Source of the DNA: an uncultured Prolixibacteraceae bacterium
GTDB lineage: Bacteria > Bacteroidota > Bacteroidia > Bacteroidales > FEN-979
DNA: 64,000 nt
Assembly: GCA_964455285.1 (NCBI GenBank)
Contig: CAYVVG010000001.1
Coordinates: forward strand, 64,960-128,959
Direction of reading: 5' to 3'
The notes below the pieces were generated by a model, which was not told the DNA's origin, searched no databases, and worked only from the letters and a program-made list of their open reading frames with translations. Position numbers and translations under genes: made by a program. Below, piece by piece: positions 9,403-17,438 of the stretch. Within the stretch, counting starts at the first letter, position 1; each line of letters opens with the position of its first letter.

Positions 9403-9429
9403 CAATGCAGGCAATGCAGGCAGCATCAA
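9403..9429 (+). repeat. short copy of the ATGCARRCA nonamer array (2 perfect + 1 degenerate unit)
   Basis: caatgcagg caatgcagg cagcatcaa. Same orientation as the array at 8776-8847, so the isochorismatase gene is bracketed by direct copies. Confidence 0.8.
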
Positions 9430-9525
9430 TAATATGCTACAGTCACAGGTCCGTATGCCTGGTAAATTGCAAAATTAAGTTTTCCCGTGAAAGCCTGTGA
9501 CGGTTGTTCAAAACTTAATATTTGC

Positions 9526-9533
9526 TAATTTTG
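9526..9533 (+). promoter_or_regulatory. candidate Bacteroidota sigma-A -7 box (TAATTTTG) for tRNA-Arg
   Basis: Exact match to TAnnTTTG, ending 13 nt upstream of the mature tRNA 5' end. Six fixed bases are expected by chance only about once per 4 kb per strand, yet matches cluster just upstream of operon-leading genes in this window. Confidence 0.5.
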
Positions 9534-9545
9534 CGGACCTTCAGG

Positions 9546-9619
9546 GGTCCCGTAGCTCAGTTGGATAGAGCAACAGCCTTCTAAGCTGTGGGTCGGGCGT
9601 TCGAATCGCCCCGGGATCA
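9546..9619 (+). tRNA. tRNA-Arg (anticodon UCU)
   Basis: Folded by hand into a 74-nt cloverleaf: acceptor GGTCCCG/CGGGATC (one G-U), D-arm GCTC/GAGC, anticodon stem ACAGC/GCTGT with loop CTTCTAA (anticodon TCT at 9580-9582), 5-nt variable loop, T-arm GGGCG-TTCGAAT-CGCCC, discriminator A. CCA is not encoded. Confidence 0.95.
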
Positions 9620-9667
9620 CAAAACAGACAGAAAACCGTAAATGGTCAGGTGGCCTTTTTCTGCCGG

Positions 9668-10462
9668 TCAGGATTTATTGGCGATCACCAGCATCTCAAA
9701 ATCTTCGGTCGTCAGGCGGTCGTTCCTCGAAAAGGCACCGAGTTTTGCTCCAAATATCCCGATATCCGCAAATCCCAGCGACTTAAGCATCCAGATGATC
9801 TCGCTGGGGACGTAATAACGTTCATTGCAGTCGAGGGTTATCCGGTTCCCTTCATCGTCTTCGACCTCGGTGACATTGTGGTCGCGAAAGGTCATCAGGT
9901 CGAACGAATTGCTGCGATATGTTGCGCCATCAGGCGATTGTGAAGCACAGAACTTCTCCACGGAATGGTAGAGCGGGAAGAGTCCGTTGAGCGTGGTGAA
10001 GATGAATCTTCCGCCCGGCTTCAGTGACCGGGTCACGCCTGCCAGGATGGCGAAGTTCATCTCGTCGGTCTCCATCAGCGGGAACCCTCCCTCGCAGAGC
10101 ATGATGGCCGCGCCGAACGCTCCTTCGAAGGGCAGTGACCGTGCATCCAGTTTCCTGAAATCGATGGAGAGCCCCTCCCCTGCCGCTTTCTCCCGGGCCC
10201 TTGCAAGCTGCGATTCCGACAGGTCGACCCCGGTGACGGAATATCCCCGTTTCGTCAGCTCGATGGCGTGACGGCCGGTACCGCACCCGACATCGAGGAT
10301 GGTCACCGACCGGTCGCCCCGGAGTTCCTGATCGATAAAGTCGCACTCTCCCACCGTGCCATGAACGAACACCTCCCGGTCATATTTCCGGGCATAGTTT
10401 TCAAAGAGCGATTCGTACCATTGTTGATTTTTCATGATCTTACGGTTTGAAAATTCCATCAT
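9668..10462 (-). CDS. class I SAM-dependent methyltransferase
   Basis: 264 aa. Motif I ILDVGCGTGRHAIELTKRG, acidic loop VTGVDLS, motif post-II LKPGGRFIF. The start lies 1 nt after the stop of the radical SAM gene. Confidence 0.85.
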   Translation of the reverse strand: MMEFSNRKIMKNQQWYESLFENYARKYDREVFVHGTVGECDFIDQELRGDRSVTILDVGCGTGRHAIELTKRGYSVTGVDLSESQLARAREKAAGEGLSIDFRKLDARSLPFEGAFGAAIMLCEGGFPLMETDEMNFAILAGVTRSLKPGGRFIFTTLNGLFPLYHSVEKFCASQSPDGATYRSNSFDLMTFRDHNVTEVEDDEGNRITLDCNERYYVPSEIIWMLKSLGFADIGIFGAKLGAFSRNDRLTTEDFEMLVIANKS

Positions 10463-10463
10463 G

Positions 10464-11831
10464 TCAGGGGGTGAGGGCCCCGGGGAGGTACTTTTGCACG
10501 TTGAAATCGACCTCGACTCCGGATGGGTTTTGGAATATGCGGGATTTATGGGAAGGATTGTTCTTCAGACGGTACCCATTGTTCAGCGCAAAATAGAAAA
10601 CGGCCTGCTCGACACTCATCGTGATATTGGGCAACGCACGCCTGAGGATCGACATCTTCCCGTAAATCCTGTTTTTAATGCGATCGAAACTTTCAACCAT
10701 TTTTTCGGGTGTCATGTTTTTTGGAGAGACGATGATCTTCGTCGAATCAAATTTGCTCCAGTCATCCGTTAAAATCCTCCCCTCGCTTCTCAGCTTCTCA
10801 AAAACCGGTGTCCCGGGATAGGGTGTCATGGCACAAGCCTGGAAAAAGGCGGCTTTGGATTTTACCAGGAATTCATAACCCAGGTCAAAATCCTTCGGCG
10901 TGTCGGAATCCAGGCCAAATATGAGTGATGCCATGGTCATGATCCCGTTGCTCCGTAGCCTCCTGACGGCCAGAACATTCTCCTCAAGGGTTTTCAGCGA
11001 CTTCCGGTATGTATTGATCCCGACTTCTCCCATCGACTCGAAACCGATCAGCAACGCTTTGCAACCCGACTTATGAGCCAGTTTCATAAGTTCTTCATCC
11101 TTTGCAATATTAATGGAAGACTGACCAACCCAGCCCTTTTTCAACGGGATCATTTCCCTGAACAGGTCCGCCGCAAATTTCCTGTCAAATGTTATATTGT
11201 CATCGAGAAAAAAAAGGTAGTGTTGCGGACAGGACTCGGCTTCCGCCAGGATGTTTTTTATTTGCTTATGTCGCTGCCGGGTCCCGAAAAACCTGGAAAC
11301 AGTGCAGAAATCGCAGTTGTACGGGCACCCCCGGGTCGTCTCAATGGGTGCGACTGACAATTTCCCGGATGAACACTTGATCAGATCGCGTCGCGGAAAT
11401 ACGTGATCATGCAGATCGGGAAGTCTGTCGAGTTTGTAGAACTGACGTAGTTTGCGCTTTTCCGCGTCCGCCAGCACCTCTTCCCACAACCCTCCTTCCG
11501 CCTCACCGATCACCACGGCATCGCCGTACCGGATCGCTTCTTCGGGGAGGCAGGTAGCATGGATCCCACCAAAGACCACTGTCTTACCCCGCTTTTTGAA
11601 TTCGATGGCAATCTCATATCCGCGAATGCAGGTCTGGGTCATCAGGGTGATCCCGACAAGATCATGATCACCGTCAAAATTGACTTTGTCGCCATATACC
11701 TCTTCACAAATCGACACTTCGTGCTGGGCAGGTGTCATGCCCGCGATCAGCGAAAGGGTAAGTTGCGGGATGTCCATCGTATCCGGACGCTGCTCATTTT
11801 CAAGACAAGGCGCTACCAGCAGAATCTTCAT
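10464..11831 (-). CDS. B12-binding-domain radical SAM protein
   Basis: 455 aa. N-terminal cobalamin-binding-like Rossmann region (DLVGITLMTQT...VVFGGIHAT). Radical SAM cluster motif TTRGCPYNCDFCTV (CxxxCxxC). Confidence 0.88.
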   Translation of the reverse strand: MKILLVAPCLENEQRPDTMDIPQLTLSLIAGMTPAQHEVSICEEVYGDKVNFDGDHDLVGITLMTQTCIRGYEIAIEFKKRGKTVVFGGIHATCLPEEAIRYGDAVVIGEAEGGLWEEVLADAEKRKLRQFYKLDRLPDLHDHVFPRRDLIKCSSGKLSVAPIETTRGCPYNCDFCTVSRFFGTRQRHKQIKNILAEAESCPQHYLFFLDDNITFDRKFAADLFREMIPLKKGWVGQSSINIAKDEELMKLAHKSGCKALLIGFESMGEVGINTYRKSLKTLEENVLAVRRLRSNGIMTMASLIFGLDSDTPKDFDLGYEFLVKSKAAFFQACAMTPYPGTPVFEKLRSEGRILTDDWSKFDSTKIIVSPKNMTPEKMVESFDRIKNRIYGKMSILRRALPNITMSVEQAVFYFALNNGYRLKNNPSHKSRIFQNPSGVEVDFNVQKYLPGALTP

Positions 11832-11833
11832 GC

Positions 11834-13258
11834 CTATTGTTTTATGAGCGTTCCGGAAACGATGCGGTTATCTCCCCCAAAAATCCGGTAAACGTAAAAT
11901 CCCGGCTTCAAATGGCACAGGTTCAATGCGATATTTTCGCCGGAAAGGTCTGCCTCAAGGACAGTTGAACCCGCAAGGTCACAGATTTTAACAAGGAACC
12001 TTCCGGATATTCCTTGCAGCGTAACGATATCCTGAACAGGATTGGGATAGAAAGAGGGATAACATTCCGGATTTCGATCCCCCGGAACGCCGGTGTACAG
12101 GGCTGACTTCACATCCGCAACAGCGCCTTCGATGATGGTCAGGTTGTAGGGAATACTGGTGGGCGGAAGGGTGTACCATCCGTTGGCGGAACCGCCCCAA
12201 CCGAAATTGAAATGGTAGAACTCATCGGTATTGTATCCGTCAACGACTACGTTATGACCGCCGGAACCTCCCTCGACCAGCAGCCCGAGTTGCACGGGCA
12301 ACGCGGCTTTGATGTTTTCCGCGATCAGGGTGTTCAGCGTAGTGTCGTCGGGATACACCAGCCTCGACTCTTCAAAGCCGAACCGCTGCCAGGCCATGAT
12401 CGCCTGTTCGAGCCCGAATGTGCCCGACACGGAGGAACTGTAGACCTGGCGAGCCGCCACGCCGCAGGCAAAGGTAAGGGCCGCTTTCAAAGGATTGTTC
12501 AGTCCGTATTCCCACGAAACCTCCAGGCTGTCGAGCCAGTAATTCAGCGTATCGAAACAGGGAAAATCTCTGCTCTGGTAATCGTCGTCGATCCAGTAAC
12601 TGTTACCGGAGCCATAACTGTGGTAGTAGTCATCGGCATCGCCGAAACGGGTGCCGTTGATCCCGCGGTGGTAGTTGATCATCTGGGCCATGGCCGTGGC
12701 GGGACATCCGGCCACGCTCCGGTTGCCTGTATTCAGGTCGACAGGACACATATTGTTGTATGGAGCCGACTGGGTCCAGTTTGTCTCGAGCCATCCCCCG
12801 GTATAGGTAGTCCCCTCGGGCGGCCATTGCTCGAATGAGGGCGACCGGCCGCCACCCGACAGGAACTCCCTCCATTGCCGGCCTATCCGGGTTCGCTCAC
12901 CTGCAGACAGGTAACGGTAACCTTCGGCCCGGAGTTGCAGGTCATGCACCACAATTTCTTTCCATTCCCGGGCCTGCAGGGTCGAAAGATCCATGCTCTG
13001 ATCTGCCGACCAGGCATAAACCGGGGATACAGCGGTGGTGCCGGCCGTTACCACGAATCCCGCAGGGCGGAACAGGAAAAGATGCCCGGCCACTTCATTG
13101 TTTTCCTTCACTAACGGTATGTCGGCAACGATTTCCATTCGTTGCGAGTGATGGAACATAAACATCTCCGCCGCATGTCTCAGCGAATCGGCAGGGATCT
13201 CCCTTGCGACAGAAGACAGACCTGACAGCAGGCAGAGCGTAAAGAATAATCGTCTCAT
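11834..13258 (-). CDS. C10-family (streptopain/SpeB-like) cysteine peptidase with T9SS C-terminal sorting domain
   Basis: 474 aa. Signal peptide MRRLFFTLCLLSGLSSVA; catalytic Cys context VAGCPATAMAQMINYH; His context GGSGGHNVVVDGY...FYHFNFGWGG. C-terminal ~80 aa resemble the Por secretion tail (FYPNPVQDIVTLQ...YVYRIF...LIKQ). Confidence 0.85.
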   Translation of the reverse strand: MRRLFFTLCLLSGLSSVAREIPADSLRHAAEMFMFHHSQRMEIVADIPLVKENNEVAGHLFLFRPAGFVVTAGTTAVSPVYAWSADQSMDLSTLQAREWKEIVVHDLQLRAEGYRYLSAGERTRIGRQWREFLSGGGRSPSFEQWPPEGTTYTGGWLETNWTQSAPYNNMCPVDLNTGNRSVAGCPATAMAQMINYHRGINGTRFGDADDYYHSYGSGNSYWIDDDYQSRDFPCFDTLNYWLDSLEVSWEYGLNNPLKAALTFACGVAARQVYSSSVSGTFGLEQAIMAWQRFGFEESRLVYPDDTTLNTLIAENIKAALPVQLGLLVEGGSGGHNVVVDGYNTDEFYHFNFGWGGSANGWYTLPPTSIPYNLTIIEGAVADVKSALYTGVPGDRNPECYPSFYPNPVQDIVTLQGISGRFLVKICDLAGSTVLEADLSGENIALNLCHLKPGFYVYRIFGGDNRIVSGTLIKQ

Positions 13259-13285
13259 ATAATAGAATATTGATCAGGATATTTT

Positions 13286-16200
13286 TCAAACAGTCCCGGA
13301 CTCGTCAACGGCAGTATTTTCGTCATAACTTTCCATGATCTCGTTGAGATCGAACATTTTTCCTGCGTTCTGTTCGACCAGTTTTTTATATTGAGCCGGA
13401 TTGATTGCCCGGATGACCGATAACAATTTTGCCAGTCCTGGTTTTTGTTCTCCGATATCTTCATCTCCGAAAGAATCACTTAATTTCTGAATGATTGATT
13501 TGTCGACCACCAGGAAATAGGCGATCACGGGTTTGATGCGATTGATCACTTCGAGGAGGTTGGCAAACCCGATGAAATACCGGGGGGAAATGGCGAACGT
13601 CCTCGGCATGAGATACTGCAGCCGTTTGGTAATCCTGATCGCCATCCCCATATCAACCTGAGATATCACGTCTAAAAATTTTGCAGTAGGTTGAAAATCA
13701 TCAGGATAAACAAAGTATTGCGTCGCATACTGGATGATGACTGCTTCTCTCGAAGAGATTTCCCGGATCAAGTCCTCCGACCGGATATCCTCTCCCATCT
13801 CCCCTGATTTTTGGATCAAATAGCCCAGCAAATGCGTAAATGTCCGTATGTGGATCCGATGGTGTATAGGCTGTCGTTTCAACAATTCCAACCAGTCAAT
13901 CTTCCTGATAACCTCTTTCTGTTTCTCCTCCCCGAGACTCGAAACAAGCGAACAAAAGGAGGCAGTCTCCTTGTTCGTGATCAGCCGGGAATAAGAAAAG
14001 ATATCCTCGAGTTTGAAATAGGCCGACAGTCTCTCTTTGCATGGCCCCAGGGCGTGGATGAAATTCAACAGCATCGGCAACCGGGGTGCCCCGGGTTGAA
14101 TACAGGTTTGAGCCACCTTTTCCCAGTTCAGTCGTTCGAGGAGTTCCCTTTTACCCGGATGAGAACCGAATGCGTTCAGCAGCCCGGCTACCTGGTCAAG
14201 TTGCTCCGCCTGAGCCATGTTCATCTTTTCAGCCAGTTGGTCATAGGCCAGTTTGTTCAGCAGGTCTTGCGTTTTCCTGCCCCCTCCGAGGGCAATGATG
14301 AAGTCAGCCACCTGGTTGAAATGGCCCACCTCCGCATGCCTTATTCTCCCTGCCAATCTATCCAGGTTGAGTTTTTCGATGAAGACTGTTCTTTCAGGAT
14401 GACCGGAGAGTGAATTCAACAGGGTAGCCACCCTGGATAACTGGTTGAGCTCTACAGCGTTAGCCGCCTTTGCCAGCTTCTCCAGTTCCAGGGCAACAAT
14501 GAATTTTCTTCCCTGTGCATGATAACCGATCGCCCCGATGAGATAGGCGATTGAATGAAATACGACCACCTCATAGGTTTTGATCGATTTCGCCAGTCGC
14601 TCGACATCTAAATGGCTGATAAAAAAATCTTTGTCTTTCGTCGATTGCAATGCATTGATAAAATCGGCCAGCTGAGTGAATTGTGATTCTCTTGCTTCAT
14701 TCGCATGCAGGGCCATTTTGGCGAGGTCGAGAAGGGAAAGAAACCTGTGTTTCTCCTTGGAAACACCCAGGGCGTTGATGACACTGGAAATCTGCGAAAA
14801 CTGTCCCACCGCGGCTTCACTCGCGTGACGGGCCATTTTGCCGACATCCAGCTTCTCAATGAAGCTTGCCCGGTTTCGCCCGAAGATGTGGATAAAATCC
14901 TGAATTGCTTTGAATTTCGATGGTGGTGCTTCTGAAGCCTGAACAGCAACACATTCAAAATAGGCCGGGGTCAGCAGGAGATTGTAAAACGCCGGGTGGA
15001 ATCGCTTCAGCGTTGTCAGCAGAAACGGGTATACGTGTAACTTTTCAACCACAAGGCTTGTGAGAAAACCGTTCACCCATACCGTGTTTTCCTGTAAAAG
15101 CAATGCCTGGCATTTCCGTATCGCATTAAAAAAGATCCCGAAATAGATGTGATCGGCATAATTCGTTGTCAGCAGATTTTGGAATGCCTGAAGGATCATC
15201 CTGATCATGAACTCGTCGCTGATCTGGTCAGTGATCGATTTTACGATGGCCTGTGACATCCTGTAATGCGGTGCCTTCAGGAAAACATTGTCCAGTTCTT
15301 TTCTGTGTTCCAGGATCAGCAATCTTCCGCTATCCTGGGAGGCAAGGTCGGTGATCAACCGGGACGGCGTATAAGATTCCATCTTTTTTTGCAAAAGTGG
15401 CGGTCCGGCACCGACCAACAATTCGATAAACTCAACCTGGCTGATTGCTTTATCCCCGGTAATGATATTCCTCGCTGAAAACAGGAAAATGGCCAGTATC
15501 AACAGATCCCGCTCATTTCGACGGGATATCTTTCCAAGTAATTGTGCAATCCTTTCTTCACCGGCTGAGGCGATAAAATTGAAATGCCATGGATCATGGA
15601 TCTTGCCATTTTCTTTCATCCTGATTGCCTCCTCCAGGCCTTTGCACCTTGCCGTGATCACCTCCCTGACCAGCGGGTTTTCAGAACGATAAAAGTCCCT
15701 CATCAGCCTGGGATAAAATTCATCAAAGGCAATACCGACAGCGTCAGGATTATCCTGCGGGCCTATTTCCAGGTAGTTGGTATTGATCCAGATGACCTTT
15801 CCGTTTTTATTCTGGCGGGCCTCTTCCTCAAACTCATACCTGAGTGCATTTTCAAACGGCAGGTTGTGGGCGTCATCTACCAGTATGATCTTATGCCGGT
15901 TACCTTTCAGAGCATCCAGTTCATCAAGCACCTGGGGTATCTCCTTTGTCTCCTTTATCCGATCAATAACCAGCCGGTAGCCCCTGCATTTGCTCCAGGG
16001 AATTTTGATGGATAACCGGTAGGAAAACCCCAGTCTCCTCCGGTATCGGAAAATAGCGTGATAAGCCAGCAGGGTTTTACCGTCGCCGGGCTTACCATTC
16101 TCCCACACAAATCTTTTTTCGTAAAGAGCCCGATAGATTTTGTCAATTTCCACGCTGACAGGGGCGACATGAACAAACCAGGGTTGTGATTTCTCAGAAT

Positions 16201-16528
16201 TCAATATTCCGTCCACGCCTTTCCTGAGGTTTTCCTTTGAAGGCTTTCCAAATTTCAGCGGTTCGAAATAGTGCTTGTCAGGTTTTTTAAGCGCGATATA
16301 CAACCGGCTTAGCAGGTAGGAAATCAGTAAAATGAGAATGAAAATTCCCCCGTAAGCGATAGCAGCGGCTGACCTGCTTTTCGGATCGAGCGATAATTCC
16401 TTATTGATCAGAGGGATCAAAACGGACATGAATCCCTCTTTGAACAGGGCGGTCAGTGCAATGAAAATACTCAATGGCACCAGCGCGGCCCAACGTTTCA
16501 GGCCCAGTCGTTTGGTTTTTCTTTTCAT
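13286..16528 (-). CDS. membrane-anchored P-loop (STAND/AAA-like) NTPase with C-terminal 40-residue helical repeat array; function unknown
   Basis: 1080 aa. Two N-terminal TM helices (about aa 13-29 and 55-78). Walker A GKPGDGKT (aa 145-152, nt 16073-16096). Walker B IILVDDAH (aa 214-221). A helical region follows, then about 10 repeats in strict 40-aa register (aa 516-915). Markedly lower G+C than its neighbours. Confidence 0.7.
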   Translation of the reverse strand: MKRKTKRLGLKRWAALVPLSIFIALTALFKEGFMSVLIPLINKELSLDPKSRSAAAIAYGGIFILILLISYLLSRLYIALKKPDKHYFEPLKFGKPSKENLRKGVDGILNSEKSQPWFVHVAPVSVEIDKIYRALYEKRFVWENGKPGDGKTLLAYHAIFRYRRRLGFSYRLSIKIPWSKCRGYRLVIDRIKETKEIPQVLDELDALKGNRHKIILVDDAHNLPFENALRYEFEEEARQNKNGKVIWINTNYLEIGPQDNPDAVGIAFDEFYPRLMRDFYRSENPLVREVITARCKGLEEAIRMKENGKIHDPWHFNFIASAGEERIAQLLGKISRRNERDLLILAIFLFSARNIITGDKAISQVEFIELLVGAGPPLLQKKMESYTPSRLITDLASQDSGRLLILEHRKELDNVFLKAPHYRMSQAIVKSITDQISDEFMIRMILQAFQNLLTTNYADHIYFGIFFNAIRKCQALLLQENTVWVNGFLTSLVVEKLHVYPFLLTTLKRFHPAFYNLLLTPAYFECVAVQASEAPPSKFKAIQDFIHIFGRNRASFIEKLDVGKMARHASEAAVGQFSQISSVINALGVSKEKHRFLSLLDLAKMALHANEARESQFTQLADFINALQSTKDKDFFISHLDVERLAKSIKTYEVVVFHSIAYLIGAIGYHAQGRKFIVALELEKLAKAANAVELNQLSRVATLLNSLSGHPERTVFIEKLNLDRLAGRIRHAEVGHFNQVADFIIALGGGRKTQDLLNKLAYDQLAEKMNMAQAEQLDQVAGLLNAFGSHPGKRELLERLNWEKVAQTCIQPGAPRLPMLLNFIHALGPCKERLSAYFKLEDIFSYSRLITNKETASFCSLVSSLGEEKQKEVIRKIDWLELLKRQPIHHRIHIRTFTHLLGYLIQKSGEMGEDIRSEDLIREISSREAVIIQYATQYFVYPDDFQPTAKFLDVISQVDMGMAIRITKRLQYLMPRTFAISPRYFIGFANLLEVINRIKPVIAYFLVVDKSIIQKLSDSFGDEDIGEQKPGLAKLLSVIRAINPAQYKKLVEQNAGKMFDLNEIMESYDENTAVDESGTV
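13784..14983 (-). repeat. protein-level repeat array: ~10 x 40 aa (7 clear units at nt 14024-14863)
   Basis: Units start at aa 556, 596, 636, 676, 716, 756 and 796, exactly 40 apart. Consensus: FIxKLDxxKLAxxxxxAExxQFxQVAxFINALGxxxxxxx. Degenerate units lie on both sides. Nucleotide copies are diverged, so this is not a recent duplication. Confidence 0.85.
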
Positions 16529-17271
16529 TCTATCGAATACTCCACGCTCACCACCACCCGCACTTTCTTGTACAGGTCGGAGTTGTTCCCTCCAAATCCA
16601 CCTTCGGTCTGCCCGGCAAGGAAATCGTCGCGGTCGATGATGGAAAAGAGTCCCTGGGTGGCCTTCTTCAGCCCGCCCAGTTTCGTGCCACTCTCCTTGG
16701 CGAACTGCACCGCAGCTTCACGGGCATTCCGGGTGGCTTCGGTCAGCATGGCCGGCTTGATGGTGTTCAGTTTCGTGAAGACAAACTTCACGGTTCCTTC
16801 GTAGGGATTGTTGCTGATGGCCACTCCCGCCTTGAGCAACTCGTCGGTCATCCTGCTCACTGCCTGCACCTGGTCAACATGGTCGCTGCGGACCTGGATC
16901 ACCTTCTCGATGATGTAACGGAATGCGTCAACCGTATTATTATTGTATTCCTGGGCCCTTTTGTCGGTGACGATCAGATCCTTCTGAATGATCTCTTCCT
17001 CTCTGATCCCGTTCTTCAGCAGGAAAGCGACCACCTTGTTCCTTGCGTCGTCGATGGCGCGGCTGCCTACGATGAGATCGTTGCCTGCTACCCGGGTCTT
17101 GATGGTCCAGACGGCAAAGTCGGCTTTCACCTCCCTTTCGGAGAATCCTTTTACCGAAACCGAACGGTCTTCCTTCCGGAACCGTTCCAGCGAACGGCCC
17201 AGGATCAGTGCACCCAGCGCCAAACCGGCCATGAGGGCCAGCGACAGCATGAGGGTCTTTTTCATTTCCAT
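16525..17271 (-). CDS. SIMPL-domain (DUF541, YggE/BP26-like) protein with N-terminal signal/anchor
   Basis: 248 aa. Hydrophobic N-terminus MEMKKTLMLSLALMAGLALGALILG. The body resembles the SIMPL family pattern (VSVKGFSEREVKADFAVWTI...). Its stop TGA overlaps the ATG of the NTPase gene (ATGA, 16525-16528). Confidence 0.65.
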   Translation of the reverse strand: MEMKKTLMLSLALMAGLALGALILGRSLERFRKEDRSVSVKGFSEREVKADFAVWTIKTRVAGNDLIVGSRAIDDARNKVVAFLLKNGIREEEIIQKDLIVTDKRAQEYNNNTVDAFRYIIEKVIQVRSDHVDQVQAVSRMTDELLKAGVAISNNPYEGTVKFVFTKLNTIKPAMLTEATRNAREAAVQFAKESGTKLGGLKKATQGLFSIIDRDDFLAGQTEGGFGGNNSDLYKKVRVVVSVEYSIE

Positions 17272-17408
17272 AACCAGGGGGATTTGGGGGAATAAAGGTA
17301 ATGAGATTCGGCGAAGCAGGAAAATAATTCACACCGGAGTTCCCGCGATCCATCATGGACAGGACGGAAAATATTCCGGCGCACGTCGCCGGATTGCAGA
17401 TTAAAGAA

Positions 17409-17416
17409 TAAATTTG
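17409..17416 (+). promoter_or_regulatory. candidate -7 box (TAAATTTG)
   Basis: Exact TAnnTTTG, 22 nt upstream of ATG 17439. Confidence 0.45.
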
Positions 17417-17438
17417 AACTGTCATATACCGATTCGTC

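Noticed and set aside
9620-9667. Possible hairpin terminator after tRNA-Arg (CAGAAAA ... TTTTCTG)
   Set aside because: The stem is only 7 bp and AT-rich with a loop of about 21 nt. That is too weak to call.
9546-17438. tRNA-Arg-linked genomic island containing the five-gene operon
   Set aside because: There is no integrase or recombinase. I found no direct repeat of the tRNA 3' end at the far side (17272-17438 or elsewhere). Only the NTPase gene is compositionally deviant. The tRNA adjacency is kept as context, not as an island call.
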